Shown piece by piece: positions 19,220 through 28,365 of a stretch of DNA of 32,000 bases (the stretch's first letter is position 1; each line of letters opens with the position of its first letter). The notes below the pieces were generated by a model. It saw only the letters and a list, made by a program, of their open reading frames with translations. It searched no databases and was not told where the DNA came from. A program made the position numbers and the translations under genes. Origin of the DNA: Haloquadratum walsbyi C23 (GTDB lineage Archaea; Halobacteriota; Halobacteria; Halobacteriales; Haloferacaceae); assembly GCF_000237865.1 (NCBI RefSeq), contig NC_017459.1, forward strand, positions 2,790,001 to 2,822,000. Direction: 5' to 3'.

Positions 19220-19654
19220 ATGGGCAGTGCAAATACGGATAAAAATAAAAATAAGACAATTTCGTTTCGGGTGAATGAAGACGTCTTTGAAACACTTCGT
19301 GAAATTGCCGAAGAGCGAGACATTTCACTCTCTGCTGTCTTTCGTGAGTACGTCGATACACTTGTTGCACACGAAGGTGCTGTGCAAGTCGTTCCTGAAC
19401 ATGAGATTGAAGAGCTTCGAGCGGGCAACGGTGATACAGCAGATTCTTTCCCTCCAACGGTAACAGTCCCAAAGGGGTTTGTCCGGGAGCACGAGCGGCT
19501 TGAGTTAGAGGCTGAACATCTTCGTGAACAACTTGAAGAGCACAAACAGTATCTCAATCATCTTCAAGATCAGCTCGATGAAGAAGAAGAAATCATTCAT
19601 CTTGAAGATCTGGAACGATCAGAGACGGACAGTCAGTCATTCAGACTGGAATAA
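19220..19654 (+). CDS. ribbon-helix-helix (CopG/Arc-like) protein with C-terminal acidic coiled coil
   Basis: RHH pattern KTISFRVNEDVFETLREIAEERDISLSAVFREYVDTLV, then heptad-like REHERLELEAEHLREQLEEHKQYLNHLQDQLDEEEE. Confidence 0.65.
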   Translation: MGSANTDKNKNKTISFRVNEDVFETLREIAEERDISLSAVFREYVDTLVAHEGAVQVVPEHEIEELRAGNGDTADSFPPTVTVPKGFVREHERLELEAEHLREQLEEHKQYLNHLQDQLDEEEEIIHLEDLERSETDSQSFRLE

Positions 19655-19677
19655 TTGTTCTATAAAACTATTGATAT

Positions 19678-19870
19678 CCTCTTCAGCGTGAACACAAAGG
19701 AATCCTAGCGTGAGTATTGGAGATTGCAGGTCTGTTGTCTCACTGAACTCTAATTGTCAGAATCCGCGTGAGACTCACCGACCGTGGCGGGTGGGACCGG
19801 GACTGGGACTGCTGGGAGTGTAATCTCTCGATTCTCTTCTCTCATGTCCGGACTCTCGGAATTGGTCTTA
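19678..19870 (+). mobile_element. short IS200/IS605-family relic (MITE-like), copy A
   Basis: Begins cctcttcagcgtgaac, which resembles the left-end motif of copies B and C. Contains actgctgggagtg at 19808..19820 (reads GTAGSV), the conserved tnpA 3' motif shared with 26236, 27859 and 30586. Locally GC-rich in an AT-rich convergent intergenic gap. Confidence 0.35.
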
Positions 19871-19992
19871 CCTTTGGGAATTCAGTAGACGTCGCCAGAC
19901 TTAGAGTTACTTGTACCATTTGTTCAAGCAGTCAGGCATGATTTTAGACATATCACGATGATATCATCGACAGTTACAATCGCAAGATTGAG

Positions 19993-20448
19993 TTACGACG
20001 AGAGCGCAACCCGGGCTTCGTGAAGTTTCTGTTCCATCTTCGTGTTCTCCTCAACACCAGCAAGCGTTTCAGCAGCCTCAATGGTCCGAACTGCATTATC
20101 TAAAAATGAAAGTATATCACCAGGATATGCATACAGAAAATACTCATCACCTATGACATCCACAATTGCATCTGGATGAAGCCCCTGTGAACGAAGTTCA
20201 AGTAAATACGTCATGAATTGTCTTTCTGGATATCCAGTGTAGAGATCCTCCGGTTGCTCAGGGTCGAGGAAGTCCTCCGCAAAGTCGAGCAGCCGATCGC
20301 GGGTTGCATCGTCAAGCTTCGTGATCCCATCTCCTGAGTATAGTACATCAATTGTTGCTCCTTTAAACGCCCCTTTCGGAATTGATGTATCTAATTGTGA
20401 GACAATCTGCCTGTGATTCTTGAGATATACCTTATCAGTGATAGCCAC
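19993..20448 (-). CDS. acidic protein of unknown function
   Basis: The track ORF runs to 20583, but its first 45 residues are Arg/Pro/Cys/Tyr-rich and unlike a protein. A GTG at 20448 gives (M)AITDKVYLKNHRQIVSQL... with normal halophilic composition. The start is uncertain. Confidence 0.5.
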   Translation of the reverse strand: MAITDKVYLKNHRQIVSQLDTSIPKGAFKGATIDVLYSGDGITKLDDATRDRLLDFAEDFLDPEQPEDLYTGYPERQFMTYLLELRSQGLHPDAIVDVIGDEYFLYAYPGDILSFLDNAVRTIEAAETLAGVEENTKMEQKLHEARVALSS

Positions 20449-20631
20449 AGTTGTTTCTAGGTTGTGCTGTATAGTCAAAAAATACGTCGATAATCCGAAT
20501 CTTGGCAACGGACTGTATCTGCACGGGTAAAAAGAGCGGGGGGCTCGGTTGTGTATGTAACTCTCGGGACAATTCACACTCAAGTCGTAACGTATTTGAA
20601 TTCAACAAAAATACTATATCATACACGTTGT

Positions 20632-20704
20632 GTCCGGGTTAGGGTAGTGGTTATCCTTCAGCCTTGTGGAGGCTGAGACGCGGGTTCGATTCTCGCACCC
20701 GGAC
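20632..20704 (+). tRNA. tRNA-His (anticodon GTG)
   Basis: Hand-folded cloverleaf. An 8-bp acceptor GTCCGGGT/ACCCGGAC includes the encoded G-1:C73 pair typical of tRNA-His. Anticodon stem CAGCC/GGCTG with loop TTGTGGA. T arm GCGGG-TTCGATT-CTCGC. U8, A14 and GG in the D loop. No encoded CCA. Confidence 0.9.
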
Positions 20705-20848
20705 TTCCATATATACTGTCTTTATACAACTCCTCTAATAACAATTACACGATAAAAAAGGAGAGCGAGCTGTGGGTATGCTTCTAGATTAGCGTTATAA
20801 GATATGAACGGATATTGATTTCACTGCTATCTCCTAGCGTGTCCTCAA

Positions 20849-21565
20849 TCAGGTACCAAGGTATAATTCCTGGGCCTCATCAGACTCGAGCAGTTCCGTT
20901 CCAGCTCCTCGCATCTTGGTTTCGCCCAGGTCTAAGACGACACCTCTGTCTGATTCCTCAAGAGCGCGTCTTGCATTTTGTTCAACCATTAACACGGCTG
21001 TTTCTGATTGTTCATTTATTTCAACAATCTTCTCAAATACGTCATCAACAAGCTGTGGAGCAAGACCTGCAGAGGGTTCATCGAGAATGAGAAGATTCGG
21101 GTCAAGCATGAGTGCAGCACCCATTGCGACCATCTGCTGTTGTCCTCCTGAGAGGGTTCGTGCCTTTTGCTGTGGTCGCTCCTCAAGGACTGGGAATCGC
21201 TTATACACTTCTTCGACCCGATCTTCGAATGTGTCATCGGTAGAATCGAGTGCCCATGCACCCATTTTGAGATTCTCAAGAATAGTCAGATTTGGAAATA
21301 CATTGTCGACTTGTGGAACATAACAGATTCCATTATAGATCTTCTCCTCAGGCGGTACATCAGTGACATCAATATCGTTAAGCAAAATTTTCCCCGTCTT
21401 GATATCAGTAAGACCGACAATACTTTTCAATAATGTTGATTTTCCTGCACCATTGGGACCGATAATCGTCACCATTTCATCTCGTTCAATAGACAAATCA
21501 ACATCGTGGATGACAATGAATTCTCCGTACCCGCTTTTTAATCCTGAGACATCAAGCAGCGTCAT
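20849..21565 (-). CDS. livF: branched-chain amino acid ABC transporter ATP-binding protein (LivF-type)
   Basis: Walker A GPNGAGKST, signature LSGGQQQ, Walker B LLILDEPS. Last gene of the five-gene operon. Confidence 0.9.
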   Translation of the reverse strand: MTLLDVSGLKSGYGEFIVIHDVDLSIERDEMVTIIGPNGAGKSTLLKSIVGLTDIKTGKILLNDIDVTDVPPEEKIYNGICYVPQVDNVFPNLTILENLKMGAWALDSTDDTFEDRVEEVYKRFPVLEERPQQKARTLSGGQQQMVAMGAALMLDPNLLILDEPSAGLAPQLVDDVFEKIVEINEQSETAVLMVEQNARRALEESDRGVVLDLGETKMRGAGTELLESDEAQELYLGT

Positions 21566-22338
21566 ATTACCCCACCTCCGAGATACGCTTCAAGTAACTC
21601 CTCATCCTGTCGTACCTCATCAGGATTCCCAACAGTTAGGATCTGTCCATTATGCATACCAATGACCGTATCAGAAATCGACATAATTGTCTGAATATCG
21701 TGCTCAACAATGAGGAATGTCATCTCTTGATCATCGCGAAGCGATATTATTCTATCGAGCAGATGATCTGTAAGGTCAGGATTTACTCCCGCCATAGGCT
21801 CATCAAGTAAGAGTAAATCCGGATCTGACATAAGTGATCGACCAAGTTCGAGTAGTTTACGCTGTCCGCCTGAAAGATTTCCTGCGTATTCATCACGGAG
21901 GTCCCATAATTCGATATACCTGAGTAGCTCTTCTGCTCGCTGTTGATGAGTTTGTTCAAAATCACTGACTCCTCGTGGGTCTGTGAGAAGCGACACCACA
22001 CTCTCACCTGGGTTGTCTTGTGCTCCAAGAAGCATATTATCCATAACGGTCATTCCAGAAAGTTCACGTGTGAGTTGGAATGTTCGGATAAGACCACGCT
22101 TTGCACGTTTTTCAGGTCGAAGGGTTGTGACATCTGTCCCATCAAATTGAATTACTCCGTCATCAACCTGATAGAAGCCACTCATCAAATTAAATAATGT
22201 CGACTTTCCAGCACCGTTTGGACCAATGAGCCCAGTTATCTCTCCCGACTCAACGCTCACGGAGACATCATCAACAGCAACCAATCCACCAAACGTCTTC
22301 GTCACGTCTTCGGCTTCAAGAATTGGTGATTGACTCAT
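21562..22338 (-). CDS. livG: branched-chain amino acid ABC transporter ATP-binding protein (LivG-type)
   Basis: Walker A GPNGAGKST, signature LSGGQRK, Walker B LLLLDEPMAG. Overlaps livF by 4 nt. Confidence 0.9.
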   Translation of the reverse strand: MSQSPILEAEDVTKTFGGLVAVDDVSVSVESGEITGLIGPNGAGKSTLFNLMSGFYQVDDGVIQFDGTDVTTLRPEKRAKRGLIRTFQLTRELSGMTVMDNMLLGAQDNPGESVVSLLTDPRGVSDFEQTHQQRAEELLRYIELWDLRDEYAGNLSGGQRKLLELGRSLMSDPDLLLLDEPMAGVNPDLTDHLLDRIISLRDDQEMTFLIVEHDIQTIMSISDTVIGMHNGQILTVGNPDEVRQDEELLEAYLGGGVI

Positions 22339-23195
22339 CGTGTTGCCTCTCCAAATAGCCCACTCGGACGGGTAAGAAGTCCAATTATCAATATAAGTAG
22401 TGCAAATGCTGGTGTGTATTCGCTTGGAATGAATATAATACTCAAATTCTGTCCAATACCCAGAGCATATCCTCCAACAACAGCCCCAACTGGATCACCG
22501 ATCCCACCAAGAATGACGGCTGCAAAGATAGGAATAAGGAATAAAAAGCCCATTGTTGGGTTGATATTTGAATCAATCCCCAGCATGACCCCTGCAATAC
22601 CTGCAATGACACCGCCAATGAGCGAGACATAAATAACTAACCGTTTTGTATCAATTCCTCGAATGCGAGCCAAATCTGTGTCATCTGATGCTGCCCGCAT
22701 CGCGATTCCAATACGTGTCTCATTGAGTATCAAGAAGACAATTGCGAGAATAACTATACTCAATGTGACAATAATGACTTGTGCGGGTAACACCCGGATT
22801 CCCAAGACAACTGGTGCTTCTCCACCGACATTATAGAAATGTGTACTGCCGCCATACACAACCCGTATCAAATTACGCAGCATAAATGCTACACCAATCG
22901 AGACAACAAGCAAAACAACCGGATCGCGGTCTGAAAACTGCTTGAAGACAATGCGGTCGGTGATAACGGCAATTAAGCCCGCACCAATCGCTCCAAGGAC
23001 GATCGCGAGAATAAACGGAACGTCAGCCCACTTTGCACCGAGTGCAATGTATGCTCCCCACGCTAAGTACTCTCCATATGCGATATTGATAAAATTAAGA
23101 AGTCCAAAAAGAAGCGTTAATCCCAACGCTGCGAGGGCAATGAGACTCCCGACAACAACCCCATTCCAGAGCAATTGCGGATCGAATGCAACCAT
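22335..23195 (-). CDS. livH: branched-chain amino acid ABC transporter permease (LivH-type)
   Basis: Start at internal ATG 23195 (MVAFDPQLLWNGVVVGS...), 1 nt after the livM stop. Polytopic permease. Confidence 0.85.
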   Translation of the reverse strand: MVAFDPQLLWNGVVVGSLIALAALGLTLLFGLLNFINIAYGEYLAWGAYIALGAKWADVPFILAIVLGAIGAGLIAVITDRIVFKQFSDRDPVVLLVVSIGVAFMLRNLIRVVYGGSTHFYNVGGEAPVVLGIRVLPAQVIIVTLSIVILAIVFLILNETRIGIAMRAASDDTDLARIRGIDTKRLVIYVSLIGGVIAGIAGVMLGIDSNINPTMGFLFLIPIFAAVILGGIGDPVGAVVGGYALGIGQNLSIIFIPSEYTPAFALLILIIGLLTRPSGLFGEATR

Positions 23196-23196
23196 C

Positions 23197-24156
23197 TCAG
23201 TTTTCCTCCATACCAGCAAGCGCACGCTCTTTATTCCCCAATAGCCCCTCTGGTCGATAATATAGAATAAGCACAAGCAGTGCACCGATAATTATGAGTC
23301 GGATATACGGAAGTTTGCTACCAAGGGGGACGTCACTCGGAATGAACCTGGTCACTTGTCGAATAAGCGTAATGACCGTCATTCCAGTAATTGCACCGAG
23401 ATAGCTGCCGGCACCACCAATGATGACTGCAGCCCAAACAGAAAACGTGAGGTCAGGTGTAAACATCGTCGGCTGTAATGCAAATATAAAGTGTGCCCAT
23501 AATGACCCAGCAAGCCCTGCTACGGCAGCACCAAGTCCAAATGATTTGAGTTTAAATTGCATGGTATTGCGTCCAAGTGCTTTTGGGACGTCCTCATCTT
23601 CACGAATTGCGTGGAGAACCCGCCCGAATGGGCTCTTTGCAAGGTAACGAAAGGTAAGATAACACGCTATCAGGACAGCAAGCACAAGTAGAAAGTAATA
23701 AAATCCATATGGAAGCATACTTGGCAGCGCCCCTTCAAGTGGTCGTGGGATATTCTTCAACGTCTGCTGACCACTTGTGAGCCATCCTTCATTTGAAATC
23801 CCAAGCCGGAGGATTTCGGCTCCTGCAAGGGTTACAATCGCGAGGTAGTCGCCATCTAATCGGACGCTTGTGGCACCGATGAGTACGCCCGCTACTCCAG
23901 CAAGGACTGTTGCAGTTATCATTCCGACAGCGATTGGAAAGTCAAACCCAATGATCCGGTTGGCAAGCAAGCCAGAATCGGAGGCCGGTGTCGTCAAAAT
24001 AGCAGATGTGTATGCACCAATCGCAAAAAATCCTGCATGAGCAAAATTCAATAAGCCAGTGTCACCCCAGTGCATATTCATCCCGATAGCCAGGATTGAA
24101 TAAATGCCTGCGATATTGGCAACAAGGACAAGAAGTTGAAGCGAAACAAGTCCCAT
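23197..24156 (-). CDS. livM: branched-chain amino acid ABC transporter permease (LivM-type)
   Basis: Start at internal ATG 24156 (MGLVSLQLLVLVANIAG...). Polytopic permease of the LivM type. Confidence 0.85.
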   Translation of the reverse strand: MGLVSLQLLVLVANIAGIYSILAIGMNMHWGDTGLLNFAHAGFFAIGAYTSAILTTPASDSGLLANRIIGFDFPIAVGMITATVLAGVAGVLIGATSVRLDGDYLAIVTLAGAEILRLGISNEGWLTSGQQTLKNIPRPLEGALPSMLPYGFYYFLLVLAVLIACYLTFRYLAKSPFGRVLHAIREDEDVPKALGRNTMQFKLKSFGLGAAVAGLAGSLWAHFIFALQPTMFTPDLTFSVWAAVIIGGAGSYLGAITGMTVITLIRQVTRFIPSDVPLGSKLPYIRLIIIGALLVLILYYRPEGLLGNKERALAGMEEN

Positions 24157-24268
24157 TTTTATCTTACACCTACGGACGTTATACAACTGTGTTGGATATG
24201 TGCTACTGAATTCATCATTCTGTTAGTAAATATAAATCAGACGTCAATACAGGTGGTCTCTCGCGGAT

Positions 24269-25615
24269 TTAGTAGACGTCCTGTAATACCGACGCTTCGT
24301 ATGTCGTCACTGGATTCCACTCGCCATCCTGTGCTTGGACAACATTAAATGGTCCAACGACATTTCCATTCTCATCAAAGTTCTGTGGGTTCGATGCCCC
24401 AGTGTAATTTATTTCATCGCCGTTATCCAGCGCTTCCTTCCCCTCGGCAAATGTCGTCACCTCTGTACCTGGTGGTGTTGCGATTTTTGGTAGGTGTTCT
24501 GGAATGACACTACGAGACACTTCTCCGGCTGACTGGAACGCCAATGCAAATAGATTTGCAGCGTCATATGCTGCTGCAGAGAATGTTCCCGGCGGTTCGC
24601 CGTGCATCTCCTCAAAGGATGCCGCAAACTGATCATTTGCAGGGCCTGCGGCAGGTGCTTGCCCAATCATTCCTTCCATAACATCAGCACCGGTTGTCTC
24701 GATGAAACCTTGTGTGAGGACGTCATTTCCAAGTGCGAGATTAAAGTCCTCTTTCGCCCCTAGCTCATCATAATTCTTCATGAATAATCCACTCACCTCG
24801 GTTGCAGCAGTCATCTGAACGAAATCTACGTCCATCTGCTGAAGTTCTTGGATCTCGCTCCGGTAATCACTCGCATTTATTGGAAGCGGAACCTCACCAA
24901 CAATCGATCCACCAAGAGATTTGAATGCTTCTCCAACCGATGCGGAGAAACTCTGTGAGCCTTTATCATTCTTGTACGCGAGTGCCATCTTTTCATGATT
25001 GAGGTCTTCATATGCGTACTTCCCTGCAGCAGCACCACCAACAGCGTCGCTTGGAACTGAGCGCCACAACCACTCACCTCCGGTGTCATCAAGTTGGATG
25101 GTTCCTGCCATGACGGTATTGACTGGCACTTCGTTGTTTTGTATTGGCTGGATAAGATTCGGCATAACCGAACTTGAAGGACCGATTACCGCTGGAACGC
25201 CTGCCGAGTCAAGTGTCTGAAGACCGCTCAATGCCTGTTGTGGATCGGTGGCTGAGTCCTGTTCATTCGCCTCAAGAGACATTCCACCGAGAATCCCAGC
25301 CTCCTCTATCTCAGAGAACGCAAGATTATATGCTGGCTTTGTGTTCGATGCAATCCAGTCAAATCCACCAGTGAACGGTTGCAAAGCACCGATAGTGAGT
25401 GTTCCGCCATCACCACCCATCGTTCCGCCGTCAGTAGCCTCGCTATCGCCGTCACCACTGCCGCTTTCAGTTTCGCTGGCTGCGTCGTCACCACCACTGC
25501 CACCACCGCTACCACTACACCCCGCAAGAAGCACTGTCCCTGCTGCGCCAAGTCCCTTCAGGTATGTTCGTCGGTTAGCTATACGTTGCTTTTTGTCTGC
25601 ACCTTCGCTCGGCAT
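24269..25615 (-). CDS. livJ: ABC transporter substrate-binding lipoprotein (LivJ/LivK-type) with Tat signal
   Basis: Twin-arginine motif NRRTYLKGLG, lipobox LLAGC, Gly/Ser/Asp-rich tether, then a periplasmic-binding-protein type I body. First gene of the operon. Confidence 0.85.
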   Translation of the reverse strand: MPSEGADKKQRIANRRTYLKGLGAAGTVLLAGCSGSGGGSGGDDAASETESGSGDGDSEATDGGTMGGDGGTLTIGALQPFTGGFDWIASNTKPAYNLAFSEIEEAGILGGMSLEANEQDSATDPQQALSGLQTLDSAGVPAVIGPSSSVMPNLIQPIQNNEVPVNTVMAGTIQLDDTGGEWLWRSVPSDAVGGAAAGKYAYEDLNHEKMALAYKNDKGSQSFSASVGEAFKSLGGSIVGEVPLPINASDYRSEIQELQQMDVDFVQMTAATEVSGLFMKNYDELGAKEDFNLALGNDVLTQGFIETTGADVMEGMIGQAPAAGPANDQFAASFEEMHGEPPGTFSAAAYDAANLFALAFQSAGEVSRSVIPEHLPKIATPPGTEVTTFAEGKEALDNGDEINYTGASNPQNFDENGNVVGPFNVVQAQDGEWNPVTTYEASVLQDVY

Positions 25616-25716
25616 AATCTTTTAAATTCATGATTTAACATTATACTTTATGGTTTGCGGATTTAACTGTATTCCATCTGATATTTTTGGGAATTAGCTG
25701 ATTTGAGGCGCTAAGC

Positions 25717-25759
25717 CCCCTTCCTCAACGTCCGAACAGAGTGAGGGCGTGAGGAGGGG
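25717..25759 (+). repeat. imperfect subterminal hairpin at the left end of the IS element
   Basis: ccccttcctcaacg (25717..25730) pairs with cgtgaggagggg (25748..25759): 12 bp with two single-nt bulges and a 17-nt loop. IS200/IS605 ends carry such hairpins, which the Y1 transposase recognises. Confidence 0.5.
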
Positions 25760-25779
25760 ATACAGCGCCGCATAGTTTG

Positions 25780-26290
25780 GTTGCGCGTTCATCCGTACAT
25801 TTACTACCCACACGGTTGAATCTGGTAGTGCGATGCTCACCACGTCTCTAACGGTAACGGTGCTCAAGCGGAATAAGAAGCGCGCACCGTCGGTTGTGGC
25901 CGAGTGTCCATCTCATCTGGTAGGAGTGTGACACTCCGAACTGCCTGTGAAGGGAAATCGCCTGCGGAGTCTGGAACCGCTGTGTCCACGTCGGGGACAA
26001 GTTCCGACATGGAAGCAGGAAGCCCTGTCCTCACCAAGCGAGGAGCGGGGAGCCCCGAGCGCGGTAGGGCAGGGTAGTTCACGCGCTAACTTTTTTTGAG
26101 CAACACAGGGAACAAAGCAATCGAGTAGCAAAGTAGGGCGGTGATACAGTCGTAGCCGTATATTCGTTGTAACCAAAGCGTTCAAATTTAGATGTAATTA
26201 GTTAGCACATATTGATCGAGGAAGGATTCCAGTACACTGCTGAGAGTGCGTGGGCGGTTCAACCCTGTTGGGGAGCGTACAAGCACATAG
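25780..26290 (+). pseudogene. possible heavily decayed IS200-type tnpA (Y1 transposase) remnant
   Basis: Only fragments in shifting frames: SLEPLC/VHVG (compare evmpDHVHL), VGQGSSRANFF (compare lKGkSSRkl..eF), and LIEEGFQYTAESA (compare SDGYfvRTvG, with the catalytic Tyr position now Phe). The size and position upstream of tnpB fit a tnpA. Weak evidence. Confidence 0.3.
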
Positions 26291-26309
26291 ACTCACTCAA
26301 GAATATACC

Positions 26310-27194
26310 ATGCCCCTAATTACGACTAATTATAAAGAACAAGGAGAACACCCGCGTAGCACGGTGACGTGGAAGCAGAAGGGAATTCGTCACGACACCA
26401 ACAACGGGCGAGTGCGTCTCTCGAAAGGTGCGAATGATAAGGAACACCCCCAAGCATGGGAATACATCCTTGTCGAATACGAAACGCGTCCCGGCGTCAC
26501 AGTCGAGAATCTGCAATAGGTTCGCGCTATCTACGACGAGGCGAAAGGGCGCTGGGAACTGCAGTTAGTATGTAAACACGAAGTGGAGACACCCGACACC
26601 CCAGGTGACGAGACGGCAGGTGTTGACCTCGGTATCTGCAACTTCGCCGCCATCGCGTAGAGTACCGAGGAAACCGACCTCTACCCCGGTAATCGATTGA
26701 AGCAGGACGGATACTACTTCCCGAAAAGAAAATCGCCAAATCTGACGATTCAGGCGGCCAAGAAGCAACTCGATTGCACGCGAAGTGGTCAGAGCGTCGA
26801 ACCCATTTCTCTCACTCCTTAGTCAAGCACATCGTTGGACGATGTGTCAAGCAAGAGGTAGGTCGAATCAACAGTGGGAAACTCGCTGGTGTTCGTGAGG
26901 CGACAACGACAACTCGAAGAACTGTGGTAAGCCCGGCAATCTTGACTTGCACGCGTGGGCGTTCGACAGCTTCTCGAACATCCTCGAATACAAGGCTGAT
27001 CTGTACGGTACGCACGTCGTTCAAGTTGAACCACAAGGGACGACCAAAGAGTGTGCATCGTGCGGTGTGGAGACGGCGAAACCCATCTGGGTCAGGGAAC
27101 ACTCGTGTCCGAACGTGGGTTTGAGTGTGATCGTGAGTTGAACGCGGCGATGAATGTCCTCCAACGCAGCTTTTCTGAGTTAGGACTGGGATGA
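26310..27194 (+). pseudogene. tnpB: IS1341-type tnpB (RNA-guided nuclease family) pseudogene
   Basis: N-terminus MPLITTNYKEQGE...VEYETRPGVTVENLQ, then TAG at 26517. The same frame continues VRAIYDEAKGRWELQLVCKHE...TAGVDLGICNFAAIA (RuvC-I Asp), then another TAG. Further frame changes give SERRTHFSHSLVKHIVGRCVKQEVGRI and HAWAFDSFSNILEYKADLYGTHVVQVEPQGTTKECASCG. A 1-nt deletion splits CPN/CGFECDRELNAAMNVLQRS (zinc finger plus RuvC-III), with the stop at 27192..27194. It is also shorter than intact tnpB genes. Confidence 0.85.
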
Positions 27195-27299
27195 CCCGAA
27201 TCAACGTCTGTGGAGACTGCGCTCCCTGGGGACACCACTTGCGTGTCCGCAAAGCGCGTCGTAAAAATAGGAAGCTTCGGGGCTTGACACCGAGGCGAT

Positions 27300-27713
27300 T
27301 CACCCCGTACTGTCACCAATCTCTGCTGTGATGGCCGCTGTGAGAGACTCAAGTACTGGAAGAAATCGTTTGACCTCAGCACCATCGTTTATGATCATAT
27401 CTATTTGTTCTGACGGCTGTGTATCTATGTTTGAGCAGACATATATTTCAGTGTCCGCAGCGGTCTCAGCAGCAACCGTCGCTGCAGCCCTGATTACAAC
27501 ACGTACGTGCTCAAGATGAGCGTATACAGTTGCAATATGGTTGTTAACAGCGGCATGTGAGATGCGATATGTGACTGTACCATCTTCAGTTGGGGTAACA
27601 TCAGGGTTAGCATCAACAACGGACAGTGGTGCTAATGCTTCCTCATGTCCGGTTACCTCAGACGCAAGCAACTCCGCAATTCGGTATCCATCATGTACTT
27701 GAGTGTCAACCAT
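27300..27713 (-). CDS. acidic protein of unknown function (137 aa)
   Basis: ATG at 27713. MVDTQVHDGYRIAELLASEVTGHEEALAPLSVVD... has host-like AT-rich codons and halophilic composition. Its stop codon (27302..27300) lies at the apparent right boundary of the IS element. Confidence 0.65.
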   Translation of the reverse strand: MVDTQVHDGYRIAELLASEVTGHEEALAPLSVVDANPDVTPTEDGTVTYRISHAAVNNHIATVYAHLEHVRVVIRAAATVAAETAADTEIYVCSNIDTQPSEQIDMIINDGAEVKRFLPVLESLTAAITAEIGDSTG

Positions 27714-27759
27714 TAGTTGAATATAGCATATGTATTAACCAACCAATATTATTAAGATT

Positions 27760-27920
27760 CTCCTCAGCGTGAACGGTGGGGATTTCAAGTTTGCACTCCC
27801 ATCACATGTCCAGATGGTGAGAATCAGCCGGGATGCTCGTGGTCTCAGGCGAGTACGGACTGCTGAGAGTGCCACATCTTAGCCCCCGATACTCCTATAT
27901 TCGACCACGTTCAACCTTTG
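27760..27920 (+). mobile_element. short IS200/IS605-family relic, copy B (may extend towards about 28330)
   Basis: Three anchors colinear with the full element: ctcctcagcgtgaac (27760..27774) against cttcctcaacgtccgaac (25720 region); actgctgagagtgc (27859..27872), identical to 26236..26249 and reading VRTAESA; ttcaacc (27910..27916) against 26258..26264. It lies in a 650-nt gap without ORFs. Confidence 0.4.
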
Positions 27921-28365
27921 TGGTTGGTTTTGTCCGGTGGGGGTTGAATGGGTGTCAATGACTTGGAGTTATTTTAACTTAGCTCACAGCGGTCAACTCC
28001 GCGACCAATTCTGTGAAAATCGGGCGGTCATCAACTGGTTCCGAGTATTATTTGATTGCTCCGGGGTGAGCAGGCCGTCATTGTTAGATTGATCGGGAAT
28101 CACTTTGTTCTTGCCTGGTTCTTACTCATACAAGGGTTGCCTGTAATTAAAATGATGGATTGAAATCTCGGGCAATCAGTCGAAGGTGGAATGATTGCAG
28201 ATTGCTTGATTCATCCTGCGTTACCAAGATCGCTGGTCTCATTTGCACACCAGAACTCACAGATTGCCGGAGACGGCGAAAGCCGCAGGTACTCTCCTCG
28301 AATCTAGTAATATAGCGGTAATAACATAAGATCAGAGGATATGATAGATACCCAATATATTGGGA

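Larger units (their letters stand above)
25706..27300 (+). mobile_element. decayed IS200/IS605-family element (IS1341-type tnpB, probable tnpA remnant), approximate boundaries
   Basis: A visibly GC-richer block than its flanks. Order is subterminal hairpin, roughly 500 nt of non-coding-looking sequence with tnpA-like fragments, disrupted tnpB, then a structured 3' end. It sits between the liv operon upstream region and the stop codon of the 27300..27713 gene. Confidence 0.75.

Noticed and set aside
19220-20448. RHH gene plus the neighbouring 151-aa gene read as a toxin-antitoxin pair.
   Set aside because: The two genes converge and are separated by about 340 nt containing an IS relic, so they are not an operon. 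The second protein shows no toxin-family motifs that I recognise.
20449-20848. tRNA-His as a possible integration site of a genomic island or provirus.
   Set aside because: No integrase gene lies nearby. I could find no direct repeat of the tRNA 3' half, and the flanking genes (the liv operon and an acidic hypothetical) have host-like composition.
25864-26185. Minus-strand ORFs of 72 and 90 aa inside the left part of the IS element, considered as a possible divergent tnpA or cargo gene.
   Set aside because: They contain no HUH or Tyr transposase motifs and are Arg/Pro/Cys-rich. Open frames of this length are expected in GC-rich DNA. The plus-strand fragments fit a tnpA remnant somewhat better.
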